A DNA stretch of 64,000 nt from Promethearchaeota archaeon (GTDB lineage: Archaea; Asgardarchaeota; Lokiarchaeia; Sigyniarchaeales; SOKP01): positions 1 to 64,000 of the forward strand of contig JAHPZE010000002.1 of the NCBI GenBank assembly GCA_019058365.1, written 5' to 3'. Positions 58,615-64,000 of this stretch are shown piece by piece. The translations under genes and the position numbers were made by a program. How positions within the stretch are numbered: position 1 is the stretch's first letter; the number at the start of each line of letters is the position of its first letter. The notes beneath the pieces were generated by a model. The model did not search any database. It was not told the origin of the DNA and saw only the letters and a program-made list of their open reading frames with translations.

Positions 58615-58726
58615 TAAATATAATAATGAGATTATATATCTACTTCAATTATTCTCTTTATTATAATCGAATAAATCATTACAAATAAAAATTAAAATAA
58701 AAAAAATAATATTTCTCTTAGATGAA

Positions 58727-58926
58727 TTACTCCTTTTTAAATAGATTTCCACATCCCCCACACTTTACATTTTTTGCATAAACCGGAGTACCCTGCTTTA
58801 GCAGTATGCTGAAAGAGCAATACTTATACTGTAGTAAAGTACATTACTTTTATCCGGTTCTTCATGAAGCATGCGTGGATTATCATTTCCACATTTAGGA
58901 CATTTTACTCTTTTATAATCAGCCAT
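58727..58926 (-). CDS. Small Zn-ribbon protein, two exons (58926-58826, 58796-58727); 56 aa after splicing; absent from the ORF track
   Basis: MADYKRVKCPKCGNDNPRMLHEEPDKSNVLYYSM|QGTPVYAKNVKCGGCGNLFKKE; the two CxxC halves are in different frames unless 29 nt are removed. Confidence 0.82.
58797..58825 (-). other. Pre-mRNA BHB intron (29 nt) in the Zn-ribbon gene
   Basis: Intron helix AGUAU(U)GCU/AGCAUACU, central CAGU/GCUA (3 of 4), bulges AU^A and AA^G, exon helix GUACUUU/AGGGUAC. Confidence 0.8.
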
Positions 58927-58985
58927 ATTAGCCTAACTCTGTTATTAATTATTTTACATAATTAGTAGATTATAATAATATAAAT

Positions 58986-59516
58986 TTAGGTTTTTAAGTG
59001 GGTTTTTATAACAATCTCTCTTACAATTTGCTGGACTTTTTTCTTAGTTGTATCAATAACTATTTCTGCTGCTTCTTCATATAAGGATAATCGAAAATTT
59101 AGAATTTTCTTTATTTCTCTCTTAAAATTTTCTTTATTTATGAGAGGTCTTATTTCTATTCCATTATTTTTTGATCTTTTATAAATTTCCTCCAAACTAG
59201 CCTTTAAGAGGATAATATGACAATTTTTCTTTAAATTATCTAAATTAATCTTATTCAGAACTACGCCACCCCCACATGAAATTACAACTTTGTCTAATTC
59301 AGAGACTTTTTCATAGACAGAACTTTCATATTCTCTAAATTTGCTTTCTCCCTCTTCATCAAAAATTTGTGGAATAGTTTTTCCAGTTTTTTGAATTATT
59401 AGCTGATCAGTTTCAATAAATAGATAATCATCACCAAGATATTTAGCTAAAGCTCTACCTACAGTTGTTTTTCCAGTAGCCATAAAACCAATAAGAGCAA
59501 TGGAATCTTTAAGCAT
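58986..59516 (-). CDS. aroK: Shikimate kinase (bacterial type)
   Basis: LIGFMATGKTTVG, GESKFREYE, ISCGGGVV, RPLI. Confidence 0.94.
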   Translation of the reverse strand: MLKDSIALIGFMATGKTTVGRALAKYLGDDYLFIETDQLIIQKTGKTIPQIFDEEGESKFREYESSVYEKVSELDKVVISCGGGVVLNKINLDNLKKNCHIILLKASLEEIYKRSKNNGIEIRPLINKENFKREIKKILNFRLSLYEEAAEIVIDTTKKKVQQIVREIVIKTHLKT

Positions 59517-59562
59517 TTTGAATTACTTTCAATATCTTATTGAGTAGGTTAAACTTTTCTTT

Positions 59563-60126
59563 TTAGAATGATGAATCTAATGTAAATCCATGTTTTGCTA
59601 AAACACCCTTTTTTAATTCAAGGTAATTACTCGATATATATACCGGAAAGTTAAATTTTTCTGGATCTAGAGTTTCATTTTTTACATAGATAGGATCAGA
59701 ATGTGTCGCAACAACTTTACCAAAATAACAGATATGTGAACCAAGTTCTATTCTTTTAATAACTTTACATTCCATATTCCATGGAAACTCTTTTATCATT
59801 GGAACTTGTATAACAGAAGCATCTTGTTTTGTTAAATTTAATTTTTTCCATTTATTAACTTCTCTTCCAGAACGTGTTCCACAATAATCAGATTCTCTTA
59901 ATTGTTCTATTGTAGGATAATTAATAACAAATTCACCATATTTTTCAATTAAATGAAAAGAATATCGTTTAGGTTGGATAGAAATAGCAATAATAGGAGG
60001 ATCAAAGCAGACTTTCCCTACATATGCTAATGTTATTAAATTAGCGTCTTCGCCTGTTCCTACAGAAATAACTGCCACTGGCATAGGAAAAGTTGAGATT
60101 TTTGGACTTAAATCTACTTTTTTCAT
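59563..60126 (-). CDS. Flavin reductase-like protein
   Basis: PMPVAVIS, GEFVINYP, CGTRSGR, MECKV, LGSH. Confidence 0.9.
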   Translation of the reverse strand: MKKVDLSPKISTFPMPVAVISVGTGEDANLITLAYVGKVCFDPPIIAISIQPKRYSFHLIEKYGEFVINYPTIEQLRESDYCGTRSGREVNKWKKLNLTKQDASVIQVPMIKEFPWNMECKVIKRIELGSHICYFGKVVATHSDPIYVKNETLDPEKFNFPVYISSNYLELKKGVLAKHGFTLDSSF

Positions 60127-60286
60127 TCTAATCTCATTTTATTAGTTTGAATTATTAATTATTTTAATTGTTAACTTTTTAAATAGTTTTAATTTGAATT
60201 ATATCAAATTTTCCTATAAAACTCTTAAATAATAAAAAATTAGTAAATAATCAAAATCCGTTGAAAATTATATAAGGTGAAAGAGA

Positions 60287-60907
60287 ATTATAATAAAACA
60301 TCGGGGTTTCGAACCTAAATTTGATTCCTCTGTATTTATAGCACCCACAGCAGCAGTTGTAGGTAACATTTCGATTGGAAAAGATTCAAGGATAATGTAC
60401 GGTTCTGTTCTTGATTCAGAAGGTTCTACAATCGAAATTGGTGAATGTTCAATAATATGTGAAAATGCTGTTCTTAGGGCTACAGCATCAGGAAATCGCG
60501 AGTATCCTGTAATAATTGGGGATCATGTCTTTGTTTCACCGCAATCAACTATTATAGGTTGTGAAGTTGAATCTAATTCATATATAGCAACGGGTGTCAC
60601 TGTTCTGCAAGGTGCTATTGTTCAATCTGGTGCCGCGGTAGCTGTTGGAGCTTTTGTTCATGCGAATACAGTTATTCCCGCAAATTCGTTTATTCCTCCA
60701 AATAATATAGCTATTGGAGATCCAGTTAGAATCTATAGTCCTAAAGAGAAAGAAGGCTTGATTAAAGCAATAAAATCAATTGAGTTTGCTAAAGTTGCAT
60801 TTAATGTTGAAGCAAATTGGGAAAATCGCTTTGAGAGGTATAGACAAGCTACGATGGTTCGTTCAAAAGAATTTGAGAGCCATTTTAATGATGAGATAAT
60901 AGTTTGA
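60287..60907 (+). CDS. Gamma-carbonic-anhydrase-like hexapeptide repeat protein; probable ATT start at 60287
   Basis: In-frame extension IIKHRGFEPKFDSSVFIAPTAAVVGNISIG upstream of the 60395 ATG; LbetaH repeats; GGTGA 6 nt before the ATT. Confidence 0.85.
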   Translation: MIIKHRGFEPKFDSSVFIAPTAAVVGNISIGKDSRIMYGSVLDSEGSTIEIGECSIICENAVLRATASGNREYPVIIGDHVFVSPQSTIIGCEVESNSYIATGVTVLQGAIVQSGAAVAVGAFVHANTVIPANSFIPPNNIAIGDPVRIYSPKEKEGLIKAIKSIEFAKVAFNVEANWENRFERYRQATMVRSKEFESHFNDEIIV

Positions 60908-60932
60908 GACAAAAATAACTTAAATAATTAAT

Positions 60933-61802
60933 ATGATCGAGAACGATTTTGTTACTGCTCATACAACAGTTCTTTGTATTATTGGGTATCCAATTGAACA
61001 TTCTATGAGTCCAATAATGCATAATGCTGCGATCCGTGAATTAAACCTTGATTATATTTATTTAGCATTCAACATTTTTCCTGCTAATTTGAACCTTGCT
61101 GTGAAAGGAATTAAAGCATTTAATATCATTGGAATTAATGTGACAATTCCCTTTAAACAAAAAATTATGAAATATTTAGATGAAATTGATCCTATAGCAA
61201 AGAAAATTGGTGCTATAAATGCAATTAAAAATGATAAGGGATATCTAACTGGGAAAAATATAGATGCGGAAGGAGCTATGAAAGCATTATTAAATGCAGG
61301 GTACACCGTTTCAGGAAAAAATATCTTATTGCTAGGTGCTGGTGGGGCAGCAAGAGCATTAGCCTATATAATGGCGGAAGATGTTCACAAAATAGTTTTT
61401 GTAAATAGAACTGAAAAACGAGCATTGAAACTTTCGAATCAAATAAAAAAATATTTTGGGATAAATGCTGAAGCAAAGAAAATGAGTAAAAATGTTTTAA
61501 AAGATGAATCTAAAAAAGCCGATATTATCATTAATACCACTCCAGTTGGTATGTATCCTAATGTTGATAAATCGCCAATCCCCGCAGAATGTTTGCATGA
61601 AGATTTAATTGTCTATGATATTGTGTACAACCCATTAAAAACTAAATTAATAACAGATGCTACCCAAAAAGGATGCAAAACACTAGGAGGTTTAGATATG
61701 TTAGTTAATCAAGGAGCTTTAGCATTTGAATGGTGGACAAACAAAAAACCTGATACTAGTTTAATGAAAAAAAAAATAATTGAATTTCTTGGGAAGAGCT
61801 AA
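60933..61802 (+). CDS. aroE: Shikimate dehydrogenase
   Basis: IGYPIEHSMSP.MHN, NVTIPFK, GAGGAARA, NTTPVGM, GLDMLVNQG. Confidence 0.96.
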   Translation: MIENDFVTAHTTVLCIIGYPIEHSMSPIMHNAAIRELNLDYIYLAFNIFPANLNLAVKGIKAFNIIGINVTIPFKQKIMKYLDEIDPIAKKIGAINAIKNDKGYLTGKNIDAEGAMKALLNAGYTVSGKNILLLGAGGAARALAYIMAEDVHKIVFVNRTEKRALKLSNQIKKYFGINAEAKKMSKNVLKDESKKADIIINTTPVGMYPNVDKSPIPAECLHEDLIVYDIVYNPLKTKLITDATQKGCKTLGGLDMLVNQGALAFEWWTNKKPDTSLMKKKIIEFLGKS

Positions 61803-61885
61803 TAAATTTTAAAATTTTGATTGATTATAGCAATAAATACGATAAATTTACAAATATTTTAAAAGAAAAAAAAAACAAAAAAAAA

Positions 61886-62254
61886 TTATTGTATTGAACT
61901 TCCACAAAGTGCACAGAATTTAGCATTCTCACTTTGATCTAACTCAGTTCCGCAATTATAACAAAATACTGCTTTCTCTTCAATTTGTTGCGATTTTTTA
62001 ATAACTTTTGGTCTCTCTGGTTGATGAGAAATATTTATTACTTGATATTTTGAACTTTGTTGATCAGTTTCTTTTTGTTCATAACATACTGAATCACAAT
62101 GAATACAACGAGGTTTATGTTCCTTATCTAAATAGATTGCAACATAAATCAATAGGCCAATACCCCCAGTGAAAATAGCTAAGATAATCGCCAAACCAAT
62201 ATTGAATTCATTCTTTTTTGTATAAACATTCATATTACATTTTGGACAATACAT
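61886..62254 (-). CDS. LITAF-like Zn/membrane domain + C-terminal zinc ribbon protein
   Basis: CPKC-hydrophobic-CIHC, then FCYNCG..FCALCG. Confidence 0.75.
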   Translation of the reverse strand: MYCPKCNMNVYTKKNEFNIGLAIILAIFTGGIGLLIYVAIYLDKEHKPRCIHCDSVCYEQKETDQQSSKYQVINISHQPERPKVIKKSQQIEEKAVFCYNCGTELDQSENAKFCALCGSSIQ

Positions 62255-62387
62255 ATTTTTATCATACCAAATTGTTTTATTTTTATTTAATTAAAAGAAG
62301 ATTTTAATTGAATTAAAAAAATTTGGAGTCCAATTTTTAAAATTAATATGCAAAAACGCCTATACTAAGTAAAAATACGTAAAAAAA

Positions 62388-62780
62388 TTAATTTTCGGAA
62401 ATTTGACTCCCACAGTTCGGACAATAACTTGTTCCTGGATTTAATTTTTCTCCACAAAGAGAACAAAAATTCGGTCTAGAGCCAGTTATTTCTTCAGATA
62501 TGTTTACAGGTGTTGAATATGATGATTGTTGAATTTGAGGTTGAGGTTGATAAGTATAGGGGCTTGGAGTTTGGAAGGTTGTAATTTTATTCCCACAATG
62601 CACACATCTATCTTCAGGTTTACTGTAATATATTGCGAGGTAAATCAATAAACCAATTCCCGCTGTAAAAATCAACAATACTATTGCGAGACAAGTATCA
62701 ATATCTTCACGTTTTAACAAAACTTCTTGGTTACAGCGGTTGCAATATCCTGTAGGATTTGTAGTTGTCATTTTACGCAA
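62388..62780 (-). CDS. LITAF-like Zn/membrane domain + C-terminal zinc ribbon protein
   Basis: CNRC-hydrophobic-CVHC, P/Q linker, FCSLCG..YCPNCG. Confidence 0.75.
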   Translation of the reverse strand: MRKMTTTNPTGYCNRCNQEVLLKREDIDTCLAIVLLIFTAGIGLLIYLAIYYSKPEDRCVHCGNKITTFQTPSPYTYQPQPQIQQSSYSTPVNISEEITGSRPNFCSLCGEKLNPGTSYCPNCGSQISEN

Positions 62781-62847
62781 TTATGTAAAATTTTAATTTT
62801 ATTCCTTTAGACTTTAAGATTATGAATATAAATATTAATTTAAATTT

Positions 62848-63237
62848 TTATTCTATTAGGTAAGCACCACAACTTGGACAGTTTTCTACCTCTTTTAATA
62901 TTTCTTGTTTACAATATGGACAGTAAACCTTGGACTTTTCTTTTTTTTCATCTTCAATTTTTTGAAGTATTCGGCTAATTTGAGCTTTTGGATCTGGAAT
63001 CTCTTCATGAGAATTATAAATACTTAATTGATTTTGGCAATTTGGGCAAATATTTCTTTTTAAAATTACATAACGATAAATGAGAAAGGGAACTATTGCA
63101 AAACCTAATGAAGAAATAATTGCTAGAATCCAGATATTAATGTACATATTCTCTATGGATTTTCTTTTAGGTTTTAAAATTTCTTTCTCACAATTCTTGC
63201 AGTATGCGAATTTATTATGTTTACGCATTACTCTCAT
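62848..63237 (-). CDS. LITAF-like Zn/membrane domain + C-terminal zinc ribbon protein
   Basis: CKNC-hydrophobic-CPNC, then CPYC..CPSCG. Confidence 0.72.
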   Translation of the reverse strand: MRVMRKHNKFAYCKNCEKEILKPKRKSIENMYINIWILAIISSLGFAIVPFLIYRYVILKRNICPNCQNQLSIYNSHEEIPDPKAQISRILQKIEDEKKEKSKVYCPYCKQEILKEVENCPSCGAYLIE

Positions 63238-63437
63238 TTTAAATAAGAATATTTAATTATTTTAATTTATGTAGTAGATTCTATAAGAATTTATTATAAT
63301 ATTCTAATATGCTTTAATTTGTTAAAAATTTAATAAAATGAGGTAATTAAAAATAAAACGAATAAGTCCTTATTGATAATAATTTAGTAAATCTTAGTTG
63401 AATTATTGCTAAAATATAATACATTTTTTGATTTAAT

Positions 63438-64000
63438 TTGAAGCAAAAATCTTTGTTTATTGCATTAGAAGGGATTGATGGATCAGGCACAAGCACTCAT
63501 AGTCACCTTCTTAAAGGTTTTTTAGAAAGCAAGGGATTCAAAGTTCATTTAACGATGGAACCGTCTGAAAGCGATATTGGGAAATTAGTCAGGAAATATC
63601 TAAAAGATAAAAATGTACCGCCTGCCGCTGATGCATTATTATTTGCTACTGACAGAAACTTACATTATCATAACGAAATCAAGAAAAAACTAGAAGATAG
63701 GTATATTGTTATATCCGATCGTTATTTAGAATCTTCGATAGTATATCAATCGTTACAATCAGATAAAATCTCTGTTGAATGGGTTATGGAAATCAATAAA
63801 TTTGTAGCACTACCTGATATAACAATTATTTTAGATGTCGATCCAAAAACGGCATTAGCAAGAAAAGAAGAAGCTGATTTGGAAAAATTTGAGGATAACT
63901 CATTTTTACATAAAGTAAGAAATCTTTATCTCAGCCGCGCTAAACAAGAAGGGTATTCTATTGTTAACTCTGATGATATTATAGAATTTGTTCAAGAAAA
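63438..64000 (+). CDS. tmk: Thymidylate kinase (partial, runs off the window)
   Basis: TTG start; FIALEGIDGSGTST, EPS, LLFATDR, ISDRYLESSIVYQ, PDITIILDV. Confidence 0.92.
   Translation, partial: MKQKSLFIALEGIDGSGTSTHSHLLKGFLESKGFKVHLTMEPSESDIGKLVRKYLKDKNVPPAADALLFATDRNLHYHNEIKKKLEDRYIVISDRYLESSIVYQSLQSDKISVEWVMEINKFVALPDITIILDVDPKTALARKEEADLEKFEDNSFLHKVRNLYLSRAKQEGYSIVNSDDIIEFVQE

Noticed and set aside
112-61476. Many short shadow ORFs (e.g. 112-315, 4366-4830, 10374-10634, 21227-21559, 38403-38738, 40415-40877, 50533-51465, 61058-61476)
   Set aside because: They overlap well-supported genes on the opposite strand or in another frame and show no motifs.
1-64000. CRISPR array, IS/transposase, integrase or rRNA
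   Set aside because: No regularly spaced repeats, transposase or integrase motifs, or rRNA-like sequence seen.

Overview
AT-rich archaeal DNA whose gene content points to an Asgard archaeon of the Lokiarchaeia type: archaeal ribosomal proteins, SelB/SepSecS/tRNA-Sec, roadblock, Vps28-like, Yip1 and LITAF-like proteins, and a Loki-CTERM-like anchor. It holds the uS19-to-uL15 part of the S10/spc superoperon, an eL34-cmk-eL14-tRNA-Ser block, the uL11-uL1-uL10-P1-secY-DUF106 block, shikimate genes, a two-component system, and an AOR/Fe-S/MfnB cluster. The main discovery is tRNA-type bulge-helix-bulge (BHB) introns inside protein-coding genes. uL11 is split by three short introns (37, 36, 28 nt) and a small Zn-ribbon gene by one (29 nt). 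Cutting each at the canonical BHB positions restores the expected reading frame exactly. The three tRNA genes here (Sec, Ile-UAU, Ser-GGA) carry seven more introns with the same size range and 3' junction signature. This suggests an EndA/RtcB-type splicing system acting on multi-exon mRNAs. Secondary signals are ATA/ATT start codons 6 nt after GGTGA, a rare tRNA-Ile(UAU), and two apparent insertion scars that duplicate the 5' end of the downstream gene. All splicing claims come from manual folding and translation and need RNA evidence.
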